From: Bacteroidota bacterium
Lineage (GTDB): Bacteria > Bacteroidota > Bacteroidia > Flavobacteriales > Weeksellaceae
Direction: 5' to 3'
Length of the DNA: 40,496 bases
Assembly (NCBI GenBank): GCA_023388015.1
Contig: JAEWHB010000225.1
Location: 1 to 40,496 of the forward strand
A model generated the notes under the pieces. That model had not been told where the DNA came from, did no database searches, and was given only the letters and a program-made list of their open reading frames with translations. Position 1 is the first letter of the stretch. The number at the start of each line of letters is the position of its first letter. Position numbers and translations under genes: made by a program. Shown here piece by piece: positions 8,781 through 18,715 of this stretch.

Positions 8781-9878
8781 CTATAGAACTACATTGAGAA
8801 AATAGGTAAACATAAAATACAAAAATACGATTGCTCCCAATACCTTATATTGATTTTTCATCATATCGTATTTAGCCAAAGGATAAATAATCACAGCTCC
8901 CATTAAAAACCAAGATAAATAGGCAAATCGATTGCTAAAAGCCGCTTCAATGACCAATATCCAGAAAGCATTGGCAATCGCATAAACCCCAAACAAATGA
9001 TTATAAAATGAATCTTCTAATTTCTTTTTGATGATGAAATACCATCCGGCTATGATAGCCGTTGAACTATAGAGCAGAAAATCCCAGCGAAAACCGGTTT
9101 GGTCAAACTGATCCATAAACTTTTCACCACCGGTTAAATAACCTTGTGTTCTTTCTTGAAACAAGCCAAAACTTTCAAATAAGGCTCCCCAAGCAGAACC
9201 ACCCACCAAAGACAAAGGAATGCACACCAACCAAATACCTAAGATCAATTTAGGTTTTTTGAGAAGAAACTTAGAAACCAAGAAAGCAGCTATCGGTACA
9301 ATTAGAGAAGCATGCATGAAAAATCCCAAAGCAAAGAAAGCATACATCCAAATTTTCTTTCGATAAAAGCAAAGCCCCCATAAAAACAAAGAAGTCCCCA
9401 TCCCATTGCGTATTCCATTCGTGCCATACGACCAAAAAGAAAAGGAGGCAAAGAACATAAAGAGCCCAAAAAACCAATACTTTTTAAAATGTACCCTGGA
9501 AAACCAATACATAGGTACTATGTAAATTACATCCACCAATAAGAAAAACTGTTTGGACGACATCAGCCTGGACGACAACCACATAAAGCGATGGAACAAA
9601 ACGTCACCATCTGTTTTAAAAGGCATACCGTTTTGATAATTCTTATATAATTTATTATAGGAAAACATATCACCAAAAAGATATCCACTCACCGGTCTGA
9701 GTCCCATATAGAAAATCACAAAGACCAATAAAAATAAACCAAGATAACTTAGAGTCTCTATACTTTTTGGGTTTCTGAGATCATAGGTAATCGAATGATG
9801 CCCGACAACGATGGTCATTACCAACATTAAATGGTAAAAAACATTGGTATATATTGGTAATGGAATCCAGTCAAACAT
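8781..9878 (-). CDS. EpsG family protein (Wzy-type polymerase)
   Basis: Multi-TM protein; GLRP...GD, NGIRNG, H.S and SNRFAYLSW motifs. Confidence 0.8.
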   Translation of the reverse strand: MFDWIPLPIYTNVFYHLMLVMTIVVGHHSITYDLRNPKSIETLSYLGLFLLVFVIFYMGLRPVSGYLFGDMFSYNKLYKNYQNGMPFKTDGDVLFHRFMWLSSRLMSSKQFFLLVDVIYIVPMYWFSRVHFKKYWFFGLFMFFASFSFWSYGTNGIRNGMGTSLFLWGLCFYRKKIWMYAFFALGFFMHASLIVPIAAFLVSKFLLKKPKLILGIWLVCIPLSLVGGSAWGALFESFGLFQERTQGYLTGGEKFMDQFDQTGFRWDFLLYSSTAIIAGWYFIIKKKLEDSFYNHLFGVYAIANAFWILVIEAAFSNRFAYLSWFLMGAVIIYPLAKYDMMKNQYKVLGAIVFLYFMFTYFLNVVL

Positions 9879-10965
9879 CCTTATTATTAAACAATTTATC
9901 CCATTTCTTCATTGTTCTGGGGATACTAAAATCAAGACTTTTTTGGCGACTATTTTGACCTAATTCTATTCTTTTATTTTTATTTTCAATTAATGTAAAG
10001 ATTTTTTCAATATATTTTTCATCATCTTTATATTCAATTAGAAAGCCATTTATACCGTCGTCTATTAATTCTCGAGGTCCATGTGGACTATCAAAACTTA
10101 CAATTGGTAAACCACAGGACATAGCCTCTAACATTACCATTGGCATACCTTCAAAACGTGAAGACATTAGAAATATTGAAGATTCTAAATACTTTGATTG
10201 AATGTTCTTTATTGGATTGTGTAAGAATATGTTTTTATCCAAATATAATTTTTTTATTAAACCATTCAAATTTAAATTTGGTTCTGATTTTCCATAAATA
10301 TGTAATTCCCATCTAGGATGTTTTGAAGTAACATTAGCCCACAAATTAATCATTCTTTCATAATTTTTTTGAAAAGATTGTTTTCCTACAGCTATAGCCC
10401 TAAAATTATTCAATCTCGCCGACTGTTCAGGGTAGAAAGATAAAGGGTTTCCAATAACTTTAAGGTTTCTTTTGTATTTCCATTCTTTTTTATTCCCTTC
10501 ATTTAAAACTATAAAAAATTCGAAATAACGTGAAAGAATATTCATAAAAAAAATTTGAATGTGTGCTAAAGCCCTTCTTCTAATTGACATTTCATTTTGG
10601 AATATAATTTTTTTGGATACATGTCTCTCATAAATAAATTTCTTTTTTCTAAATAGTATAGGTAAAAAAAATGCTTTTAATCCATCATCGCAAACTATTA
10701 TTTTGTCTGGATTTTCTTGTTTTATTGTCATTTTTATACCTTGAAAATAAGATTTGAAATATGAGCAAACACCTCCTTTTACTTCTATCGATTTAAACTT
10801 TACCTTTTGACTATAATCATAATATGGTTTTACACCCCCTTCATTTAAACTTAAAATTGTTACTTCGTAGTTGTAAAAATCAGCTAGATAAGAGCTCTTT
10901 AGTGAGAGAACTCTCTCTAAACCACCGACTCCTGTTATACCATTAGTTATATATAGTAATTTCAT
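9871..10965 (-). CDS. GT4 glycosyltransferase
   Basis: GGLERVL; SSRFEGMPMVMLEAMSCGLP. Confidence 0.9.
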   Translation of the reverse strand: MKLLYITNGITGVGGLERVLSLKSSYLADFYNYEVTILSLNEGGVKPYYDYSQKVKFKSIEVKGGVCSYFKSYFQGIKMTIKQENPDKIIVCDDGLKAFFLPILFRKKKFIYERHVSKKIIFQNEMSIRRRALAHIQIFFMNILSRYFEFFIVLNEGNKKEWKYKRNLKVIGNPLSFYPEQSARLNNFRAIAVGKQSFQKNYERMINLWANVTSKHPRWELHIYGKSEPNLNLNGLIKKLYLDKNIFLHNPIKNIQSKYLESSIFLMSSRFEGMPMVMLEAMSCGLPIVSFDSPHGPRELIDDGINGFLIEYKDDEKYIEKIFTLIENKNKRIELGQNSRQKSLDFSIPRTMKKWDKLFNNKDV

Positions 10966-12059
10966 TTTGTGGAAAATAAGTTTAACAAAATTTCATTATA
11001 ATTTTTTATAATTGTAACCACATCGAACTTTTCTTCGTTTAGTTTGGAATGTTTTCCCATTTGTTTCCTTTTACTTTCATTATTTATTAATTGCAAAACT
11101 CTTTTTAACATTTCCTCTGTATTACCATCATTTATTAAATAGCCATCTTCCTCGTTTTCAATAATTTCACTAGGGCCATTTGGAACATCAAAGGCAATAG
11201 CTGGAACACCACAAATTTTGGCTTCAACCAATACATTCCCAAATGATTCAAATTTCGAAGTCATTAGTAATAGTGAAGAATTCAGTAGCTCTTTCTTTAC
11301 ATCAACAAAATGATTAGTAATAATCACGCTTTTTCGAAGTTTATATTTATTTATCAATGAATCAAGATACTTATATTCACTTCCCTTCCCACAAATTTTC
11401 AATTGCCAATCAGGAGCTTTTTTCACAACAGACTGCCATATCTCAATTAATAAATCAAATCTCTTGACTTTTTCTAAACGTCCAACCGCTAATGCGACTT
11501 TATTGTTTAATGAACTTACAGTATCCGACTCAAACGTTTTTGTGTTCTTTATAACTTTTATATTATTAAATCCCCATTTTCTCTTATCTGCTTCCGTTAA
11601 TACAATTAATAAATCCTGTCTTTTCAATATAAAATCCCTCAAACAGATATAAAATCGACTTTTAATTGCTTTACTTTTATGCTGGTCATAATTTTCTTTA
11701 GTTTCTCTTAATTCAGATACAAATTTAACATTGGAATTTAGAAATTTAAAAAACACATTGTGCATTGTATATTTTACAGTAATAACTACATCAGGTTTTA
11801 AACTCTTTATAATCATTTTTGATTGCTTCCACTGTAGAATAAGTCTTCCGATTAGAGAAGAACGGCTTATTAATTTTTCTAAAAAAATTATTTCTATTGA
11901 TTGATCAAAATTATAAGCAGGGACTTTTGTATTATGATTTGTGCAAACTATTGTTATCTTATGATTGTACTTTTTCACAAGTTCATTAACACGAATTGAT
12001 AGTCCATTTTGAATTCCACCTACAGTGTCGATGTTTTCTATTAAATAAACTATATGCAT
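10962..12059 (-). CDS. GT4 glycosyltransferase
   Basis: Likely start MHIVYL at 12059; AVGRLEKVKRFD; TSKFESFGNVLVEAKICGVP. Confidence 0.88.
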   Translation of the reverse strand: MHIVYLIENIDTVGGIQNGLSIRVNELVKKYNHKITIVCTNHNTKVPAYNFDQSIEIIFLEKLISRSSLIGRLILQWKQSKMIIKSLKPDVVITVKYTMHNVFFKFLNSNVKFVSELRETKENYDQHKSKAIKSRFYICLRDFILKRQDLLIVLTEADKRKWGFNNIKVIKNTKTFESDTVSSLNNKVALAVGRLEKVKRFDLLIEIWQSVVKKAPDWQLKICGKGSEYKYLDSLINKYKLRKSVIITNHFVDVKKELLNSSLLLMTSKFESFGNVLVEAKICGVPAIAFDVPNGPSEIIENEEDGYLINDGNTEEMLKRVLQLINNESKRKQMGKHSKLNEEKFDVVTIIKNYNEILLNLFSTK

Positions 12060-13051
12060 AAGAGTGATTTTATACTTCGGTATATTGATCTGATTGAGCA
12101 CCAATAATAGAAGTAAATACTATTCAACCTCGAACCTAATAACATTTTATAAAAAAACGAGGCTGGTTTAATTAAACTCTTTTTACTTTTTATATAATCT
12201 TTATCTGCATGATTAAGATTATCAAGAATCTCTATTATTGTTTGTTTTTTCAAAAGTGGATTTACCCTATCATACATTGAGTACAATGCATTCAATTTTT
12301 GTTTATGAAATATATCTTTAAATAAGGGATAAACTTCTTGTTGTTTTAATCGCTTCTCCAATATCTGAAAAACCTTAATAACATCTAACTGTGTTGATCC
12401 TGACTGATAAGATGCTGCCGTATTTCTTTGCCTATAAAAAATCAATCGATCGGGAAGAAGAGAGACTTGATGAAAATTTAAGACTAAATCCCAGTGAAAA
12501 GGAATATCTTGTTTTGTCAATCCCAACGGAAAGACAATTTTTGACAGTCTTAACTTATCTGTTTTTATCAATTTCAACCACGTAAATGCTGGTAATTCAA
12601 TTAATTCACTTTGATTGTTAGTAGAAACATTTTTTAAAGATGAAGTTACCATCATTTTAGTAAGGATCTCTTTTTCATCTTTAAAAACTACATAATCCCA
12701 TATTACTAAATCAGAATTATCTTTTAAAGCAAGCTCATAAGCTTTTTTCAATAACTGACTGTCTATAATATCATCTCCATCTATAAAACAAATATATTCC
12801 CCTTTAGCTAATTGAATCGCATCATTTCTTGAGGAAGACAAACCTTCATTTTGTTTTTTTTCAATTAGTTTTATCCTTTTATCACCAAGCTGAAAATGTT
12901 TAATAATTTTTACAGTATTATCGGTAGAGCAATCATCTATACAAAGTATCTCAATATTTTGCAATGTCTGTTGCGTAACAGACTTCAAACAAACCTCAAT
13001 ATAATCCTCCACATTAAAAGTGGCTATTGCAATAGTTATTAATGGGGTCAT
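12050..13051 (-). CDS. GT2 glycosyltransferase
   Basis: IDDCSTD, NEGLSSSRN, FIDGDD. Confidence 0.9.
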   Translation of the reverse strand: MTPLITIAIATFNVEDYIEVCLKSVTQQTLQNIEILCIDDCSTDNTVKIIKHFQLGDKRIKLIEKKQNEGLSSSRNDAIQLAKGEYICFIDGDDIIDSQLLKKAYELALKDNSDLVIWDYVVFKDEKEILTKMMVTSSLKNVSTNNQSELIELPAFTWLKLIKTDKLRLSKIVFPLGLTKQDIPFHWDLVLNFHQVSLLPDRLIFYRQRNTAASYQSGSTQLDVIKVFQILEKRLKQQEVYPLFKDIFHKQKLNALYSMYDRVNPLLKKQTIIEILDNLNHADKDYIKSKKSLIKPASFFYKMLLGSRLNSIYFYYWCSIRSIYRSIKSLLCI

Positions 13052-13087
13052 TGGGTTTTAATTTAAAATAAAACTTCATAAATCTAA

Positions 13088-14047
13088 TTAATGATTTTTA
13101 GAAGTGAAGGGACGAGTAACCAAAAAAATCATAAGACTTACTAATTCGAGTCTAATTAACAAATTTAGAGGAATTAAGTGAATTCTTTGCTTTTTAGTGC
13201 TTTTGATTAATTGTGCTTTATGTCTTTTTATTAGAGTTTTCAATATGTTTTTTTTATCATTATTTTTAAGGTTTGAATTTAGTACAGTCATAAAATAACG
13301 TTCTGTTGGGTACGAATTATTGCGTGAAATGAAATTCGGATCTGATGAATATTCATTTAATAATGAGAAAATGTGATTATAAATAAATTCAGCATCTTCA
13401 TAACTTATATTTTTCTTACTTAAACTATTAGTTGTATTTCTATAATTATAAAAAGCTTTATTTGTAAGTCTTATTTTTCCACATTTGAAGATGTAATTTA
13501 AATTGAAGATAGCATCTTCACTTCGACTTAAATTCTCATTAAATCTTATATTATTTTTTGAAATAATTATATTTTTATAAAATTTCCCACATGGTCCAGC
13601 ATAATGTGGGTAAAGGTTATAATTTTCTACAAAATCTTTTAAATTATATTCAATATTATTAAAATCCAACAATACAATTTTTTTCTTATTTAAAAATCTA
13701 TTCATATTTAATAATATTAAATCTATAGAATCTGAATTCTTTAACAAATCAAAGTAATTTGTAGAAATCCAATCATCACTATCAACAAAAGTAATCCATT
13801 CACCTATAGCATTATCCAAACCTAAATTTCTAGCTGAACTCACTCCGCCATTTTCTTTATGGAATACTTTGACTCTTTTATCTCTGTGGACATATTCTTC
13901 ACAAATTTGTCCACTTTTATCCGAAGAACCATCGTTTATTAAAAGCACTTCAAAATCATCAAAAGTTTGATTCAATACTGAGTCTATACACTCTCTTAAA
14001 TACTTCTCAGTATTATATACGGGTATGATGACAGAAACTTTCGGCAT
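13088..14047 (-). CDS. GT2 glycosyltransferase
   Basis: VSVIIPVYN, INDGSSD, NGGVSSARN, FVDSDD. Confidence 0.92.
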   Translation of the reverse strand: MPKVSVIIPVYNTEKYLRECIDSVLNQTFDDFEVLLINDGSSDKSGQICEEYVHRDKRVKVFHKENGGVSSARNLGLDNAIGEWITFVDSDDWISTNYFDLLKNSDSIDLILLNMNRFLNKKKIVLLDFNNIEYNLKDFVENYNLYPHYAGPCGKFYKNIIISKNNIRFNENLSRSEDAIFNLNYIFKCGKIRLTNKAFYNYRNTTNSLSKKNISYEDAEFIYNHIFSLLNEYSSDPNFISRNNSYPTERYFMTVLNSNLKNNDKKNILKTLIKRHKAQLIKSTKKQRIHLIPLNLLIRLELVSLMIFLVTRPFTSKNH

Positions 14048-15162
14048 TATAAATTGTCTTTTAAAAAGTTCAAGGATTCTTCTTTTAAAGCATTCAATTT
14101 TTGGTGTACAGCTTCGTAGTCAATTTGTTTTTTTATTACACTTTTGTCAAAGGAATGCAAATCATAAACCATACGTTCTTCCAATCCCAATTTGGAAAGA
14201 ATGGATTCAAAGCGGGAAGCACCTCTTTTCACATTAACTAAGGTAATAAAAGGCTTTTTATTGATAATAGAGAAAACCGTACCATGAAATGAATCGGTAA
14301 TCACAAATTCAGCATCTCTAAAACCTTGTAACCATCCTTCCAAAGGTGGCGTGATCAATTCCTCTAAGGGTCTTTTTACTTTTGCATCAAACTTTTGGGC
14401 TTGATTGGTATATTGTTTTAAGTTCAATTGCTTTCCTATGGATTGAATAAAGTCTTGTTTGTATCTGGATTCATCCAATACATAAGTAAATAATTCTTTG
14501 TTCGCTTTGGGTTGTTTGATAAGTTGGCTGTAATCCTCAGCTGTCAACAATAAAGTCGGGTCTAATAAATGAACGGCTTCTACTCCCAACTTTTCGTTGC
14601 ACAAATCTACACCACTGGCTTCTCTGACCGATATTGCATCAAAATTTTTTGCCAATTCACTTACTCTTCGGGTTTGTTCAGCTGTATATTCCCAATCGGA
14701 AGTCCCAAAAGAACTAGCATAAGCTATTTTTTTAATTTTATGATTATTCTCTAAAAAATCCAAATAAAAATTATAAATATCTGGAGAATATTTAGGTCGC
14801 CATGTTTGATCACTACCGACGATGACTGCATCAAAAGAATGTTTAGAAAAGTAGTTTGACAATTTGACTGTGTTATAAATTAGTTCAGATAGGTTTATAT
14901 GAGTTTTGATAAACTTTCTGTTATTTTTATTAATGATAAATCTTTCCGATTTTGTTAACATGTTTTTGTGGAATAAGTATCGATAAATATAAGTTTTACA
15001 TTCACTAAAAAATATTCGATTTTTTGATACAGGTTTAACCATCGGAAGGTTAATAGTTATTGGCTGACATCCCATATCTTTGAGTGCCTTTTGTAAAGCA
15101 TAGTTTTGGATGATACCGCCATAATTACTTCCGGGCGTTTGTGTGAGTATGGCTATTTTCAT
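14047..15162 (-). CDS. Polysaccharide pyruvyl transferase family protein
   Basis: NYGGIIQNYAL, VGSDQTW, YASSFG, ISVRE, DPTLLL, TDSFHGTVFS. Confidence 0.9.
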   Translation of the reverse strand: MKIAILTQTPGSNYGGIIQNYALQKALKDMGCQPITINLPMVKPVSKNRIFFSECKTYIYRYLFHKNMLTKSERFIINKNNRKFIKTHINLSELIYNTVKLSNYFSKHSFDAVIVGSDQTWRPKYSPDIYNFYLDFLENNHKIKKIAYASSFGTSDWEYTAEQTRRVSELAKNFDAISVREASGVDLCNEKLGVEAVHLLDPTLLLTAEDYSQLIKQPKANKELFTYVLDESRYKQDFIQSIGKQLNLKQYTNQAQKFDAKVKRPLEELITPPLEGWLQGFRDAEFVITDSFHGTVFSIINKKPFITLVNVKRGASRFESILSKLGLEERMVYDLHSFDKSVIKKQIDYEAVHQKLNALKEESLNFLKDNL

Positions 15163-16304
15163 GTATATTTATTTAGTAATAATAATAGTATGCCTTGTGA
15201 CATTTCACTTTTGCCAAATGAATTAGAGTAATAATTAAATCCATACGTGTCTCCAGATGTGCAAAGAATAAAACCTTTCTCAGAAATAAATTTTTCAAAG
15301 ATATTAAGAATATCATTTTTAGTAAAAGGCTTTTTTGGCATAGTATATAAAAACATAGTTGTAGTGCTCGCATCAAAATCATTACTAGTACTTGGGAATT
15401 GGGACCAATTATTTTCTCCCATACTAATATTTTGTAACTGTTTAATTATAGTTTTATATTCTGTATTGAAGCTACCATCATAATTATGTAAAGCATATAA
15501 ACCTAATAAATACCATCCAATTCCTCTTCCCCAATTTGCGGATCCAACTTTTATTTTTGTATTTATATGAAAACCATGAACAGGTATATAAGTTTCTTTA
15601 TCAACACCATATTTGATATATAATTCCATTTGATCTTTAGCTATTGATAAAGCTTTTGTATTATTTGTTATTTCATGGTATTTTACTAAAAACGGAATGA
15701 TCATACCAATAGTATCATAAAAAAGAAACTCAGAATTTGGTCTATACCTTATTATTCCATCTTGATTGTAAATCTGATCAAGGAAAGAAAATATTTTATG
15801 AGAAAAGTTTAGATATTTGTCTTCTTGATATATTAGATACAATTCTAAAGCTGCTGTGCCAAAAATAACTTGATCAACCTTCTCAAAATTAAATGTCGAC
15901 TCTCCATCTTGATGTAATAATTTATCGAATTCTGTTTTAACTCTTTGTAGGTGCTTTTCATTATCTGAATGACCTAAATATTTCACTAATCCTAAAAATA
16001 AAAAAGCTCTTGGAAAGTTATAAAACTCGACATTAGCATTGTATTTGCTAAAAACTAAATTAAATAATTTCTCAGCTAATCCTTTTGGCTCTGTCCAAAT
16101 CATTAAGGATTTCTGACTTTCAATGCTTTTTAAACTCGCTTCTAATACTTTTCTTTCAATTTCAGAGCTATTTCTTTTATGTTTAATTGAATTTCTACTA
16201 AACTTTCTTCTGAGAAATGGTTTATAAAATGGTAAAAAGTCAAAATAGAAAAACAATAAATTTAATGTTATCGACAGACTCAATAGTATTAATAAATATA
16301 TCAT
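15159..16304 (-). CDS. GH88/GH105-like (alpha/alpha)6 glycoside hydrolase with N-terminal membrane anchor
   Basis: DTIGMIIPFL, P.HG, WGRGIGWY, DASTTTMF; hydrophobic N-terminus. Confidence 0.7.
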   Translation of the reverse strand: MIYLLILLSLSITLNLLFFYFDFLPFYKPFLRRKFSRNSIKHKRNSSEIERKVLEASLKSIESQKSLMIWTEPKGLAEKLFNLVFSKYNANVEFYNFPRAFLFLGLVKYLGHSDNEKHLQRVKTEFDKLLHQDGESTFNFEKVDQVIFGTAALELYLIYQEDKYLNFSHKIFSFLDQIYNQDGIIRYRPNSEFLFYDTIGMIIPFLVKYHEITNNTKALSIAKDQMELYIKYGVDKETYIPVHGFHINTKIKVGSANWGRGIGWYLLGLYALHNYDGSFNTEYKTIIKQLQNISMGENNWSQFPSTSNDFDASTTTMFLYTMPKKPFTKNDILNIFEKFISEKGFILCTSGDTYGFNYYSNSFGKSEMSQGILLLLLNKYT

Positions 16305-17824
16305 TATAAATAATTTTGAAATTTATTTTTCAAAAAAGTAATTAAAAACATTCTCTCACTTCTATTTATACCTAGAATGTAAATAAGAGAAAACGTAATT
16401 AGTACTGAGATGGCAGTTACACTTATAAAACTTAATAAATTGCTTGAAGGAGTTGAATCAAATATTTTATTCAGCACTAATAAACTAGATAAAACTAAAC
16501 ATATTCTCAAAATAACTTCTCTAAAGAATATTGATAAACTTAAGTTCATTATTTTCTGTAGAAACATAACTCTGAACAATAATGAAATTGCCGAAATGCC
16601 AATAATAACTTTATATAAATCAAGAGGATTGTTGTTTTTACTGAATAGGTAATAAGTAATGGGAAAGGTTAATATAATCATCGTCCCAATTATAATTTGA
16701 TACCATTTGATTTTCCCTGTTGCTTGAGCTCCAGTAACTAATGGTGTTGAAATTGCATCAATCATTACGTATATCAAAGCTAATCGAATAAATTCAATCG
16801 CATAAGGAGGCACTTCTTTCAACCAAAGATTCATCAAGTATTCCAAATTAATCAACACAGGCACTACCAAAATCAACATACCAAAGAAAGAGAACTTAGC
16901 ACTTTTGTAGATTAACTTTAACGAAGCTTGCTTATCACCCGATGCATAGTTCTTTACGATTTGAGGATTGACAGCTACCTGAAAATTACTAATGAAACCA
17001 CTAATAACTCCTTGAACGGTCATTGTTATAGCATAAGATGCATTCGCCACGGGACCGAAAAACAAGTTCAATAAAATGTTACTTCCTTGACCCCGTATGA
17101 CCATCGCTACTGATCCAAACAAATTCCATCCGGAATAACTCATCAACTCTTTGTAATATGCTTTGTTCCAATAGAATTTATATTTTGACTCTGGAAAACG
17201 TTTTCTGCAATAAATTTGATAAGTCATACGAATCACAAAAGCTACTCCAAAGGTTAGAATCGAATAAAGTATCAGCTTGTCCGAATCAGCTTGCACCAAA
17301 TACAATACTATCGCTAATTTCAAAACAGTTTCTAAAATACTCACATAAGCATAAACACTCATGTGCTCTCTCGCAAATAACAATGCATTATAGGGCACCT
17401 GTACAACATTAAGTAAGAATGCAAAGATGGAGAACTGATACACCCAATTGGCTGCATACATACGTTCTTTAGGTATTTCCAATTGCGTATTTACAAACCA
17501 AAGTCCAATGGTCTCTGCCAATATAAATATAACGATTGCAATAAGGATGTGTATATTCAGTGTAGCATTAAAGGTCTTTTGCAATCTATCCCAATCTTTT
17601 TTTCCGATATCAAAAGATAAATACCTCTGGGTTGCGGAAGCCATGGCTGAGTTTAGAAATGCAAACATGGTGACGATTCCACCAACTAAACCATAAATTC
17701 CGTAATCAACTACACCTAATGCATCCAAGACTAAACGTGAGGTGTATAGTCCCACTCCCATAGTTAACAACATCCTGAAATACAAGAACAAAGTATTTTT
17801 CGCTATGGTTTTATTGCTGGACAA
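16304..17824 (-). CDS. Wzx-type polysaccharide flippase
   Basis: IAKNTLFLYFRMLLTMGVGLYTSR..L..LGV.DYG; about 12-14 TM segments; TTG start. Confidence 0.9.
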   Translation of the reverse strand: MSSNKTIAKNTLFLYFRMLLTMGVGLYTSRLVLDALGVVDYGIYGLVGGIVTMFAFLNSAMASATQRYLSFDIGKKDWDRLQKTFNATLNIHILIAIVIFILAETIGLWFVNTQLEIPKERMYAANWVYQFSIFAFLLNVVQVPYNALLFAREHMSVYAYVSILETVLKLAIVLYLVQADSDKLILYSILTFGVAFVIRMTYQIYCRKRFPESKYKFYWNKAYYKELMSYSGWNLFGSVAMVIRGQGSNILLNLFFGPVANASYAITMTVQGVISGFISNFQVAVNPQIVKNYASGDKQASLKLIYKSAKFSFFGMLILVVPVLINLEYLMNLWLKEVPPYAIEFIRLALIYVMIDAISTPLVTGAQATGKIKWYQIIIGTMIILTFPITYYLFSKNNNPLDLYKVIIGISAISLLFRVMFLQKIMNLSLSIFFREVILRICLVLSSLLVLNKIFDSTPSSNLLSFISVTAISVLITFSLIYILGINRSERMFLITFLKNKFQNYL

Positions 17825-17843
17825 TGCTGTGAATTAAACCCTG

Positions 17844-17851
17844 CAAAATTA
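17844..17851 (-). promoter_or_regulatory. Bacteroidota -7 promoter element for the polysaccharide operon
   Basis: Minus strand TAATTTTG matches TAnnTTTG, about 20 bp upstream of the flippase start. Confidence 0.6.
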
Positions 17852-18078
17852 CTCTATTTTAACATATAAAGGTTAGCTTGGTATCAATTTACCAGCTAAT
17901 GATGTGAGAATCAACACCAAAGTCTGATGTATAAAGGGCAACCTATTGGAAACAAAATAAGAGCCAGCACTACCAGAACGGCAGGTGGCTCTTATTCTCT
18001 CTATCCCTAACTACTTTATTTTTATGCTTATTTTGTCCTAAGTGGGTTTCATAAGCTATTATTTCTTATCAATTTCTT

Positions 18079-18111
18079 AAAAACTGCAGGGCGCATAGGC
18101 GACGCCCTGCA
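18079..18111 (-). terminator. Intrinsic terminator after the 18140..18700 gene
   Basis: TGCAGGGCG...CGCCCTGCA stem with a T run on the minus strand. Confidence 0.7.
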
Positions 18112-18139
18112 ATTAGAGGCTGATCAAGGTATGGTTGGT

Positions 18140-18700
18140 TTATTTCCAGTAACTCCAATTGGAACCGTCAAAAACGGCCATCATATCGGCCACGGTATCA
18201 TAGACCATGGTGCCGGCAATTGCGCCGGGGATATTCAGGTGCGGATTTTCTACTTTTGGCAGTACAAGGGCTGCGGTAGTGGATTCCAATACCAAAGCAC
18301 CCGGTTTCGCCGAAGTTTCTGCTCCTATGATAACGCCTTCCCCTACATCTGTTCCATCATTTAGGAAACTATGTGCCAGACCCGGGTTTTCGTTTTGGGT
18401 CAAATTGGTCCAATTTCCATTCACGCCTTCATTGCTTTCTTCTATCACTTTCACCGAATTATCGGTCAGGTCAAAAATGAAAGTACCTCCCACGGCACCG
18501 GTTGCTGTTTGAACCGAAGGCAGAATGATTCCTTTGGGTTCGTTTCCGAATTCCAATAATACACTGGCGTTGCTTACTTCTTCTTTTCCTATTGCCATTT
18601 GTGCGATGGAAGCATAGCCGAGCAAAAGAAAACTGATGACTGCTAATGATTTTATGTGATTTTCCATTTTTTCTTTATTTGGAAGCCATCGGTATTGCAA
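18140..18700 (-). CDS. Small secreted protein with two internal repeats (partner of the upstream adhesin)
   Basis: Signal peptide ending SIA|Q; repeated LLEF...KGIILP..GTFIFD...W and LVLES...ALVLP..GTMVYD...W. True start may be the MENHIK Met. Confidence 0.65.
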   Translation of the reverse strand: MQYRWLPNKEKMENHIKSLAVISFLLLGYASIAQMAIGKEEVSNASVLLEFGNEPKGIILPSVQTATGAVGGTFIFDLTDNSVKVIEESNEGVNGNWTNLTQNENPGLAHSFLNDGTDVGEGVIIGAETSAKPGALVLESTTAALVLPKVENPHLNIPGAIAGTMVYDTVADMMAVFDGSNWSYWK

Positions 18701-18715
18701 CCGATTGCTTGGGGT

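Noticed and set aside
17956..17996. Orphan hairpin AATAAGAGCCA...TGGCTCTTATT as an ncRNA or riboswitch
   Set aside because: A single stem only, most simply a terminator-like insulator upstream of the glycan operon promoter.
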